Of a stretch of DNA of 64,000 nucleotides, positions 50,625-61,660 are shown piece after piece (the stretch's first letter is position 1; each line of letters opens with the position of its first letter). The stretch lies in the NCBI GenBank assembly GCA_002189035.1, contig NEEC01000018.1:186001-250000 (forward strand). Direction: 5' to 3'. The notes below the pieces were generated by a model that saw only the letters and a list, made by a program, of their open reading frames with translations, ran no database searches and was not told where the DNA came from. Position numbers and translations under genes: made by a program. The stretch is from Utricularia gibba (lineage: Eukaryota > Plantae > Magnoliophyta).

Positions 50625-51675
50625 TTAAGATCTACTTTCGGATACTAAACCATGCACAATAAGCTCTCTCTCATAGTCGCTAGAGGCAAGGAAATAGCGC
50701 AACCTCGCAGGGTTGGAACTAATCGTCTCTGCTATGGTAAAATGTTCGATGGCAGTTAATTGCACCGGCATACCTCTAATGATCTCCCTTGCCTGATGCT
50801 GATTATCCACCAACTCCCGTGCTTGCTGCACCACTATTAATCCCAAGTGACGTAGCTCTTTGCATGTGCGCACGTTAAGCTCCTTGATTTCTGTGATAAA
50901 CTGCACATCATCATCGATTCCCCTTGGTCCCATGCCGCTTTGTCCAGTGCGCCGCGTCAAGTCGGTGGTATTGTGTGATTCAGAGTCCCTACTAGGCGTG
51001 ACGTTCACACCCTCTGCAGCGCAACCAATTGGGGCACAAGGTGTGTCAGCATACGATAAGTTCATATCATGTCTAGTGCTATCCGGGTCCAGAGGGCAAT
51101 CCGAAGATACTTTCAGATTCTCCCCCACATCTTCCATGAATTTCCTCTTCTTGGTCATGGCTACATAGCTCATCGTTTCTTCTCCTGTAGCCTGATCCTT
51201 TCCAAAGATTTCTTGCCACTCCATGTAATACGGCCACGCCTTGTGTCTTAGGGCGCACAGTCTGGGTGCATGCTGACATAATAACACGGTCAGCACCGGA
51301 TATAACACAGCAACAACAGGGCATACATACCTGATCAATCTCCTTCCAAACCTCATCGTCTGCGTCTACGGTGTAGGTCAGCTCACTAAGACCGGTGCTT
51401 GACCATGATAAAAAATCTACAAGGAGGTAGTAGTCTTTTTTCCAGGTGTGAACCTTGCTAGATATATGGGGGTGTGCGTGGATGTCGGTTCTAGGTCGGA
51501 GTTTCAAAAACTCTATCTCTAACGCTCGATGATACCCACCCCTAAAACCATTCTCAATTTTCTAGACTTCTTTCACTATCTGCTTCAAAGCGTGTAACAA
51601 GTCTTTCTCTTCATCTGGCTTCCAGGCGCGTTTCGTTTTTTTGTGAGACTCTTCCACCACGTTTGGGCTATGCAT
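50625..51675 (-). pseudogene. PIF/Harbinger ORF1, Myb/SANT-like DNA-binding protein (one premature stop)
   Basis: Motifs KRAWKPDEEKDLL, ENGFRGGY, HISSKVHTWKKDY, ADDEVW and AWPYYMEWQEIFGKDQATG. Intron about 51273-51330 (short, inferred). TAG at 51562-51564 replaces a Trp. An upstream exon is possible. Confidence 0.88.
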
Positions 51676-51899
51676 ACCTGCAATCTGTGCTGGAGGAAAG
51701 AAAACAGCAAGAACAAAGCACCTACACCGAACACTTACCACAAGTAAACCGTAAAATTCACTCAAAATTCAACGGATTTCAAACGAGAAACTCTGTGCAA
51801 CGAAGGGAGTATACAAACTAGATGTAACCCATGGCTCTTCAGTCTCAATTACTTGTGAAAACGAGAGACTCGTCAACCGACAGCACCGTGACAACGCAC

Positions 51900-52047
51900 T
51901 GTGAAAGTCGGTGGACGAAGAGGGTAATGGTAATAAAGAGGAATATGTCTGAATGAGTAAAGTGGGTGTGAAAGTCGGTGGACGAAGAGGGTAATGGTAA
52001 TAAAGAGGAATATGTCTGAATGAGTAAAGTGGGTGTGAAAGTCGGTG
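51900..52047 (+). repeat. Perfect 67-bp tandem repeat (about 2.2 copies)
   Basis: gtgaaagtcggtggacgaagagggtaatggtaataaagaggaatatgtctgaatgagtaaagtgggt starts at 51901 and 51968, with a partial copy at 52035. Confidence 0.95.
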
Positions 52048-52247
52048 CACAAGTGTGAAATTCTATATTAGTAAATTCCCATGAAAATTATGTATAAACC
52101 CAATTTTATATCCACCTACCAAACGTGGGTTTATTTAAACCCAAATAATGTAAACTCATCAACCAAACATGATTCATAGAGACTAAATCCACAAAACCGG
52201 GTTCCCTAAACTCAAATATACTAAACCTGGGTTTAGTCCAAACCCAG

Positions 52248-52262
52248 CAACCAAACGCGCCC
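52248..52262 (-). repeat. Right terminal inverted repeat of the PIF element (GGGCGCGTTTGGTTG on the minus strand)
   Basis: Matches the GGGCNCGTTTGG-type PIF/Tourist TIR and is flanked by TAA. Confidence 0.85.
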
Positions 52263-52476
52263 TAATGGTTCTTAGTAGTGAGCCATGATTAATGATCAAT
52301 AGAACTAGAAAATTTACAGGATGAAGTTGCTCATGTTCTCCGTGAACCATAGGGACTCCAGTAGGTTGTTGAGCGGTCATTTCTTTGTCAGTAGATGAAC
52401 TGGAAATTAATTCTTGCTTTTTCACCAGAAATGTGCGCTCAATCTCTGAATCTAAGGGGCACAAGATTTCCTGCAA
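52263..52476 (-). pseudogene. N-terminal part of the Athila gag, separated from the rest by the nested insertions
   Basis: LCPLDSEIERTF motif, located between the 5' LTR and the PIF TIR. Confidence 0.7.
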
Positions 52477-52521
52477 GCTTTACCAACCATTTCTATCTTG
52501 TGTGCGCCACCAGTTTTCCCA

Positions 52522-52848
52522 TGTGTGCAAGTAAGCTCTCAATCATTGATGTAGACTCTGACATGCTATAAGTCAATGGCCCTGACTAGTGTCAGTCTTC
52601 TACCCACAATTGATCGAAGTCGCATGAAAGGCACGAAACGTTAGTGTCTGGTCTCTTGCAAGTCTCTTGTAACACTTCATTTTGGGTGAAAGTGCACGAA
52701 AAAAGACAACAAAATATGTGCAAAATACAAAAATGAGATTTTTCTAAGAAAATAGAATAACTATCAATATAAATCCTACATTGAGTGACTTAACACTTAA
52801 TTAATATGTAATAATATATAATAAACACTTAGAAAATGACACTTAACA
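52522..52848 (-). repeat. 5' LTR of the Athila-type element
   Basis: The minus strand starts TGTTAAGTGTCATTTT and ends near CTTGCACACA. Homologous to 40695-41037. Confidence 0.6.
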
Positions 52849-52984
52849 AACTCCAAAGGGAGTGGGGTTGGGACGAGTCACCTTGGCCACCTTCTTACAG
52901 CAATATGACGTGACGTCATGGGACAAACGGATTGAGATCAAAGCCACCCAAAATATTGATAACATTCCTGAGTGGGGTAATGAA

Positions 52985-55750
52985 TAGTCCTGAGCATGGA
53001 TACGGGTCAACTGGGGTGAGCCCCAAGTCGAGTCGTTGAACCTGACAAGTTACCTAGGTAACTTGTGAAAAAACGAATGATTTATAGCTCAAATTGTTCC
53101 CAGCCCAATGATTGCTCCAAGACTAATGACTGTTTCTTAATTGCTAATATGGCTTTTGTTTTTATTTAACATATAGTCTTCCAAGTTAACTTTTTGTACA
53201 CTCACGCCCTTGTTTCTCCATAAATCATAAAATTCAATGTTCTTCAATCCTTCATATTCTATTCAAAGTTCCAATCATTTTTTCTACAAGTTAACTTTCT
53301 GTACACTTCCCATATCTTAAATCTGTTTGTTTCCCCCTTTTTTTGAAACCCTAGTTGAGAATCAAAGAGTTGTTCATATTTTGTGTTTTAACCTTTCATC
53401 TCACCTTTTTACTTTGATTTAATGCAAAAGATCCATTGAACCAGTCAATTCCATTTGCTTTTCTTGACGTGAATGAATCTGAAATTCATGGAAAAAGCTA
53501 GACAACATCAACGAAAAGAAAGGGCGGCAATGTGTAGCATAAGCATTTCGAGCATGATACAGTAAAAAAAGGGTAATTTGTAAAATTTTCGTAAGGGATA
53601 TGAGCATGGTAAGGGTAGTTTAACTATGAATTATAATTATCATATTATGAATAAGCATCCTGATAGATGGGTGGGAAAGGACGGGGAGGAAAATCGTAGA
53701 CATAATACTTTGAATGTTAAAGGTAGTAATCTTTATGTTTCTAAAAAGTTTTTTTTATTTGTATAAAACTCAAATTGATTATATGCTTACTTTAATTGTT
53801 AGTGAACATTCTTTTTGTGAAATAGAAAATCCAATCATGCAACATTCTTTTAAAGCACACATGCCGCAACAATATTTTCCATTTTCCAGAAGAAAAGTCA
53901 TTAGAATTGTGTTTCAACAATTTTAGGAGAAAACGACTTGTTTAATTTCTTTATTTCAGTTTGAAATGTAAATTTGGATTAACAATGGATTGTTGGCATG
54001 ATGGGAATGGGGAGGATTATATAGTAGTTAAGGCTAATTGGATTGATGATAAGTGGCTTATGCAAAAAAGATATTTGGCATTTAGAGAATTTGATACTCC
54101 TCATTCAGGTGCTAGGATTGCTAAGTTAATTATAGATCATGGAATATTGTATCATTGATCGTATTTTTTCAGTGGCTCTTGATAATACTTCTAGCAATTC
54201 TTCTGCAATTTCAGCCTTGAAAACGTCAATGAATCCCATTCTAAAAAGTTCTTTTTTCTGTACTCACTGTGCTTGCCATATATTGAATTTATGTATTTCG
54301 GTGCTTTTATGGTAAATGATTTTTTTCATGTTCTTGGGACCTTTTAAAATTCAATTAAGTTGATGAAAAAATGTAATCCTAAGAGAGCTATATTTAAGTG
54401 AGTTTGTGAAGCTCGTATGATTGCTCAATTAGGTGGAATTCTATTCTTCATATGATTAATTCTTTGCTACCTTAGAAGCATATTATTCCATCTTTTATAT
54501 CAATACATGTTGATCCTATGATTGAGCTAGATTCCATGAATTTTACTAAACTTGAATGTTTCTGTGATTTGTTATCTACCTATGAAAAATTTATGTATTC
54601 ACTTAGTGGATTAGACTATACTATCACTCATTTAGTGTTGCTTGCTTTAGTTGGTATCTCTAAAGATTTTAAAAAATGTCTTGATAAAGGATTTCTTACG
54701 GAAGTTGTTCATAATATGGTTGACAAATTTGCAAAATATTTTCAAAATATTCATGTTCTATTTCTTGTGTCTAGCATTCTTGATCCAAGGGTGAAGGCTT
54801 CCGGTTTGCAGGCAGGTTTAAAAATGTATTGTGATTATGCTATTTTTCTTAGAATTCCAAATATTGAGTCTAATGCTTTGGTTATGTATGATTTAGCTAT
54901 TAATGCTTTGAATCATTTATATGATTTATTTGAGATTGAGTCAGTAGCTCAAGCACTAGAGCAGAGATGGATGCATGTGCTTGAAATGGGTTGGAGGACT
55001 TCTATGCCATGGTGTTTGGTTCTCCGTGCACTCTTTTAAAAGATAGTGAAGCTGCATCATATAATGCAATTCACTAGGAAAAACATAAAGGAGATGAACT
55101 AGATATATTAGGATGGTGAAAGAGTCAAACGTCTATTTATCCTACATTGGCTACAATAGCAAAAGTTATTTTTACACCACTATTGCTAGTGGGAGTGCCT
55201 TCAATTTACGTGGCTGCATCCTAATTCCCCACCGTGAGAGCTTGGCAGATAGCATATTGGAGGTGTGCGTTTGCTTAAATAATTGGGTGATTGCTAATTT
55301 GAGATTAAATAATATCACAATAGATAAATGAGATGATAATGACGATGCCTCAGAGAGTTCTGAAATTGATTAATTTTTTTAATTTAATTTTTATGTTTTT
55401 TTATTTAATATTTATAATTTGATATTAATAAAAATAAATTTTTTTAACTTCGCATGTATTATACATAGCCAGTCCTTAGCCTAATAAAAGAAGAAGGAAA
55501 ACTTTATTATATTTTTAAATAGATCATATATGAATAAAAATAGAACAATATTTTTTAAAAAATAAGACGAAAATACAGGTTGGTGATTTCATACCCAGGA
55601 TAGCTCAATGAGTCGACAAGTAACAAGTCAATCTAGGTACAATATGAGTTGGGGGTCAAAACTCGTTAACCCATCGTCTCATGAACCGATGATATGGCCA
55701 TGACTCATTTGACTCAATACCTCATGAGTCCTGACCCATGCCCAAGTCTA
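52985..55750 (+). mobile_element. hAT-superfamily DNA transposon, degenerate
   Basis: Imperfect TIRs TAGTCCTGAGCATGG / CCATGCCCAAGTCTA (12 of 15), subterminal GGGTCA/GAGTC repeats and an internal transposase relic. An 8-bp TSD is not preserved. Confidence 0.75.
53700..55331 (+). pseudogene. hAT transposase pseudogene
   Basis: GLTMDCW..YIVVKANWID..W.MQKR..F..PHSGARIA, VALDNTSSN, CACHILNL, SILDPRVK, and the dimerisation region ELDILGWWK..YPTL..SGSAF..L.D.ILEVCVCLNNW. Confidence 0.85.
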
Positions 55751-56559
55751 GTTACAACTATGGTGGCTAGACCTCATTCTAGAGTCGTTGCATCATGAGG
55801 GTGCACGAATTCTCAGCATATCCCATGTTAGCAATAGCTTAGTCACCAAAGCCACATCATCAATGGACCCAACAACACTCCACTTCCAGCCTGCTTTGAT
55901 ACCCACTTCTAATGGTAGGTTTATTTCCTTGCAATGCAGACACTCTTAGCCTGTGGCCTTCATTTCTATATTTCTTATAATATTGGGGATCCTTATTTAC
56001 ACTCTGCATAATCACATCTTTTGCCACTTTGATATCATATTTAGTTCTGTCTGATCGATAGAACATCCCCCATCTTGGACTATGCTTATTTTATATGACT
56101 TACAGAGGATACATATCCAAATATCCAAAGAAAATGACTGGAGATCCCAATCATCCTAACTCTCTTCCCATCAAGTTAGGATTGCTCTTTGGCGATGCAT
56201 ACCACTATGGGCCCATGGTGGTGGTGCTTGGTTTAGTGCTTTTTTCTTGATTTTTGGAGTGAACTCCCGATAGATCTTGATTTAGTCCGATAATTTTCCA
56301 TAGATAGGCAAAAGTTCCCAATTCTTGTATCTGATATAGGGTTACAATCTATCATACATTTTTAAAGTTAGAAAACTTGATCAAGATCTACAATCAGACC
56401 TGAACAGCCTTTTATAACTTATACAACAAAATATTTTTGTAGAGACTTCAAACCAAACCCCCCCCCCCCCCTCCCGAAGGGGTACGAAGATGAACAAGAG
56501 TGAAGTAAATGAAAGAATGTCAACCTAATTGAATAAATAGATTTAGTTACATAATTTTC

Positions 56560-57150
56560 TTTCATTTAACATTTTTAGGATTAGACTTTACTTTTCATGT
56601 TTGCTTAGTTTCTCGTTTCAGCAATGTGACTATGAAATACAATTATCTTGATTTTCTGAAATTAGTTTGCTTAATTTTGACATAAGTGGATAGATATTGT
56701 GTGCTGTAGCTGAGGGATAGAAGGGATGTATGGTGCGTTAGTTTGAGAACTGTAACTTGAGAATGTTGCTTGTATTTATTCAATATTTAAAGATACATCT
56801 TAGAGGTGAAAAAGGAAAAGGACTCCTAACATAGGAAACTTAATTTAGAGGGAAATCAAAGGTGTACATAGATACACCTAGATTATCTAGAGTTAGAAAA
56901 TATATTAAAGCTTGATAGAAAAAAACTAAGTCAATACATCCCCCTTGAAATCCTTAAGCCATCTATGTTTTAATTTTATTGAATTAAAGATTTAGTATTT
57001 TCTTTATTACTTTCTATTATTTCATATCGCTGTGTTTATGTATTGTTATTTTAGCTAAGAGGTACAATTGATTGTGAAATCGGAATGCATGAACTTTCAC
57101 ATAATATGTACTAGTTTACTTGAGTTTTTACCAACCCATGATAATTTTTT
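56560..57150 (+). mobile_element. Degraded Athila-type LTR fragment
   Basis: Blocks such as cataagtggatag, ggaaacttaatttagagggaaatcaaagg and ccccttgaaatccttaagcc resemble the 58650/61661/62810 LTR family. Confidence 0.35.
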
Positions 57151-59107
57151 TATTTGTAGATTTTTACGCATTATAATGTTTTAAAATTGATATAATTCAA
57201 AAAGTCCATTTATTCTGAGATGAATTGGATTTTTCATTTTTCAATATCGAAAATCCTCATCTGTTATCAACCACATGCTTTTCCTATTGCAATCCAAAAA
57301 CAAGTTGCGTTGTTTGCTTCCTTTTATTTTATTTTCTTTCAATAAATTTCTGTTTGTGAGTATTTGTAAAATAGATTTTAATAGAATAAATCTTGATGTT
57401 TTACATTATGATGTAATCGAAAAATAAGTATGAGAAAGCGACAGCTAACATCTCCTTCATTGTTTCAACAAATTGACCAAAAATATCGTGCTAATTGACC
57501 AAACAAATTGACTTTGTCTCCAACTCCAATTCGGGTTATGTTCGTTGTCAATTTGAAAATTCACAAAGCTTTGCTCTCATTTTCATCTTCATAATCCCTT
57601 TTAGTCTCTTCTTTCTTTGAATGAAACAATGAAAAAGATTGATATTTGGTGCATGGCTGTTTTCATGGTCTCACATTTTTCTTTAATAATCAAAACATTG
57701 ATCATTGTTGTAAGAGAACACTTCTCTTCCGCAATGATAATTCACCCATCTGTTGTCATTATTATGATTGTAATGAGACTTGTTGTCAATCATTTCTCTA
57801 TACAATGTTGTTTTATTGGTGAAAATGGTCCACATAAGTGCCATGGTTTTACATTCGACACTTGCACAAGCTTGCTTCGATTGATCAGTGAAATATTTGC
57901 ATGAAGCTCTAAATTCTAGACGAGTTATCAAATAATTACCTGATGTTTATATAATTCGCAGTCAGTCATTGTTCTTCATGTTTGCAATTCCAGACACTTG
58001 ATTCTTTAGGATAAAGAACTCCTTCCCTCTCCTAGAGTCTTATTCCAGAATGTTTCTCCCGATGCCTACTTGTTGAAACCTATTTTCTTCTACACAATGT
58101 TATTAAAAAAGAAAGCACATTTGAAAAATTCAATTTTGGTAATGAAGAAAATGGTATTGTCCAAATCTTCCAAATTAGAAGGCGAGTGAGCTACAGTGGA
58201 ATAGATCCGAACAGGAGTCATTTCTCACAACATCTAATAGTTTGATTGCCCAAACAGGCTTTCATACAGATCGACATTTTGATTTATTTCGCCCATAAAT
58301 TCTCTCGACTTAAGGACTAAAGATTACATCTTGATTAATTTTCCGACCTCTCTGCATAAATATATAGGGAAGAAAATTGAATATAAAATGAAGAGATAAC
58401 TTTTCGAAAATAAAACTAAAATAAAAGAAAAAATGAATAGAAGCCCCAAAAGTAAAACGATTCTCGATAACATAACCATAAACTTAGATCATAAATCTGT
58501 AAATACACATTCAGTATCAACATAATAAAAAAAGATCATCTAGGTATATAATATATTATTTTTAAATTTTTCTAGAAATAAACTACATTAAACTGAAAAA
58601 AAAATTATAGAATTATAGAAAAAGAGTGTATTTGGAACAAGGTGACATATGATAACACATATTATTGAGTGATTGAATATAGGAAAATGACTCATGTTAT
58701 ACTACAAAAATTAAGTTTTCTTACCTAGTTCTATATTTTTGCACATAATATCGTAGTTGTGTTATTTTAATTTTAGTTGGAACTAAATCTATGATTTAGT
58801 CCCAACCTTCTAATAGTCTTCCTTGAGCAATGCAGCACATGTCGACAACACAAATCCCAAAGAGCCGAATATGAACAATGTAGTAGCAAAGAATGAGGTA
58901 GAAGTCTGAACAAACCAGGATAGATAAAGGAGGAGAAAGTAGTGAAACCAAGCTTAACAACCCTAATTAGAGGTAGACCAAAGATTAGGAGGAAAACAAG
59001 AGTTTGGGTAGACCTAGACCTTGTGAGTTAGTTGTTTGATTTATGGTTGTATGAGCTTGTTTAGTGATGAGCATACATCTCCCAGGAGTCCCAAGGCATC
59101 ACCCATT

Positions 59108-59200
59108 GGTGAGGATTTCATTGAAATTTTTATGGACGATTTTATAGTATATGGGGACGATTATGAGTCATGTTTAGACCATTTGATATTTACTTTGAAT
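59108..59200 (+). pseudogene. Ty3/gypsy reverse-transcriptase fragment
   Basis: EDFIEIFMDDFIVYGDDYESCLDHL (Athila-type FMDDF catalytic motif), fused to the truncated 5' LTR. Confidence 0.8.
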
Positions 59201-60578
59201 TGTCATCAAATTAATATCATTGATAAAATCCTCTATTTGATCTATATGCTATAGAAATTATGATGAGATCATAATGTGAGATTCTTCAAAGCATTTATAT
59301 TCAAGTTAAAAACTCCCTAGCTAGAGTGTTTGTGAAATGAGTATATTATAAATACGGATAAGCTAGCACACATTGAGTTCCCTAAACTGTTTAGGCAATA
59401 GTTCTCACAATTGATGTAATGAGATTACTAGAATCTATGTGTGGGTGTCGATTAGAGAATCGATTCACTGGATGACTCATCTTCAAGATGCTACTATGGG
59501 AAGCTAACCAAGTGTCATTAGCAAGATCTCGAATATGACAGCCATGCATGTAAGCTTAAACTTGAGGCCAACAAAGTTATCTTGATCTTAAGCTCACATT
59601 TTCGCTCATTACTAATGAGAGCCTAACCATGGCTTGCCTAGTATGGATGAGTAGGGATGTGACTCCTTAAGGTTGGAGATAGTTGATTGATCAATAAAGA
59701 ATTCATCACTCATGTTAGCGATGAGATCATATCTCAAGTAATTGCATCAAAGCCTAACCGTAAGTCCTGGGCCTAGGGTAATGACACTTGAATTGTTTGA
59801 GTAGGTCATTGAGTATTAGTGCTTGAATGCAATTATAAGTTCGATACATCACACACCCATGTTCTGGTATCGAATGAGATATAAGTATGATGAAAGCCAT
59901 TCATTACATGGTGACTGGTCATGGAAGGGCTCAATTAGTTCACCTGATTATTCTTTAATCTTGGGGATCATGATATGTTGCTAGACATCACTCATGATCG
60001 ATAATGATGGATTTAATTAATTAAGAGTTAATTAATAAATCCATCATTACGGCCTTGATTGAAGAAGCCTATAGGGTCACACACAACAGTGGAGTTACTC
60101 ATCGATATAAAATAGAATGACACAATTACATAAGATGTAATTGGTAAGGTGGATAAATTAAATAGAGAGTTATTTTGAGATTAATATTGATTAAACTCAA
60201 AATAAAAGATCTCATATAGATATGATTTGATATGTCACAAAAATATCTACAAAAAAAATTTAGATCTTGAGATCTGCTCAAAAGGTCTTCGTGCTCTCTG
60301 AGACTGATCCACAAGGAGGCGTTTTTCTCTACTAGCACCTGAGAAATTCGACCAGCATTCAAGAGCCTTGAGAAGGTTATCGACGCAGTGCTCCACGTGT
60401 AGATATCATAGAGGCTGTCTGCTATTGGCAGTTGGTGAACAATGGAGTCCTCTGAAAGGTATTTTCAGCATCCATTTGTCTGATTTATACCGTATTCCAA
60501 GATCTGCGTTGGGGGTTTCTCAAAATTTTTAAAATTCCGCTGCTTTTGAGACATACAATGTCTACGAGAAACCCATCA
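59200..60578 (+). mobile_element. Angela-like copia LTR nested in the Athila-type element
   Basis: Inverted homolog of 46050-47300, ending GAGAAACCCATCA. The left boundary is approximate. Confidence 0.65.
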
Positions 60579-61660
60579 GAAACCTCTGCTCAAACACTCA
60601 CAAACCGAAGGAATGAAAAAGGCTACTGCTGCAAGGAGCGAATTAACATGGTTTATGAAAGGCTTGGGCATTTGTTAAAGGAAGTGAAGGAACTGAAACA
60701 GGGAGTGAAGGACTCCTCAGTGATCAAGTAACATCATTCCATTGCCTCATCTTTATTTTTATTTTTATTTTTATTTCTATTTTTATTTTGATTTTTATGG
60801 TGTTAGTCTAAGTTAGGAGTAATTTAGTAGTGCAATGTTATGATCAAGAGAATTTTGTGAATGGTTGAGGAATTTTCTTACAAGTATGAGATGTTTCTCA
60901 TGATGCACGAAATGCATGAATTTCGTTATGGCCATTTATGAACCAGTGAGCATGTTTTCCCTTGCTTATTTTCATGAGGTAGCAGCATGCTCAATGTAGT
61001 CAGATTGGTGAATTCAAGATTTTTTTTAAGCAAATTGGCATGTGTTAATCTTTCTTGGAGGATTGGTTATCGCAAAATCCGTAGACAGCAAAAATAAACG
61101 GGTCAGAAAAGCATCATGACCAGAAAAGCGATGAGACCCACGTCTTGAAAAGCAACACTCAACAAAAGAGCGTGTGTGGACGGCAGAGTAAAGAGCATAG
61201 GGAGGTTATGAGAACAACTTAGAGGTGTAGAAGGGACCCCCGACGAATAAGGTGGAGAGTGCATTGCCCACACTCACATACAAAGAGGGGAAGCAAAAAT
61301 TACCTGAGTTGAACTCTAAATTCTCCCTGGTCTCGATCTCTGTAGAAAAAAAAAAGAGAAAGAAAGAGAATGAAAAAACAAAAGAGAGGAAGAGAAAAAA
61401 ATAGTAGTGACAACCACCATCCTTTGAAGGTAAGCATATGTTATTCTTGCTCATTTAATCTTCGAATGCACCTTTTAGGATGAAACTGTCATGTATGCTT
61501 GAGTGACACCCTCACATGCACACTGGCACCCCTTCAATTCATGCATTTTGAGCTGAATGTTAAGCATCCAGATCAATGTGTATGAGATTCATTAACTATT
61601 TGCCTCCTATTAGTCTTAGTTAGTACTTGAGGACAAGTATAGTGTCGTTGTAACATAATG

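Larger units (their letters stand above)
47340..52262 (+). mobile_element. PIF/Harbinger DNA transposon, left end lost, with transposase, Myb/SANT ORF1 and an extra third ORF
   Basis: The right TIR CAACCAAACGCGCCC ends at 52262 and is followed by TAA. Subterminal AAACCC/GGGTTT and CCAAAC motifs. The transposase is on + and ORF1 on -. No left TIR was found. Confidence 0.92.
40695..52848 (-). mobile_element. Athila-type Ty3/gypsy element, degenerate, hosting nested Angela-like LTR and PIF/Harbinger insertions
   Basis: Related short LTRs at 52848-52522 (TGTTAAGTGTCATTTT) and 41037-40695 (TATTAAGTGTCATTTT). The gag N-terminus (LDSEIERTF) is at 52476-52263 and gag continues left of 46050, followed by protease, RNase H and integrase. 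Confidence 0.7.

Noticed and set aside
48951-52047. CRISPR-like interpretation of the spaced motifs and tandem repeats
   Set aside because: The context is eukaryotic (spliceosomal introns), the spacers are homologous to each other or identical, and there are no cas genes.
52090-52250. AAACCC/GGGTTT motifs as interstitial telomeric repeats
   Set aside because: They are not tandem CCCTAAA arrays and are better explained as PIF subterminal motifs next to the TIR.
55780-56400. Possible LINE ORF1 relic on the minus strand
   Set aside because: The zinc-knuckle cysteines are not present and the similarity is impressionistic only.
56458-56471. C14 homopolymer as a G-quadruplex or regulatory element
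   Set aside because: It is an isolated mononucleotide run in TE debris, its length is unreliable and there is no supporting context.
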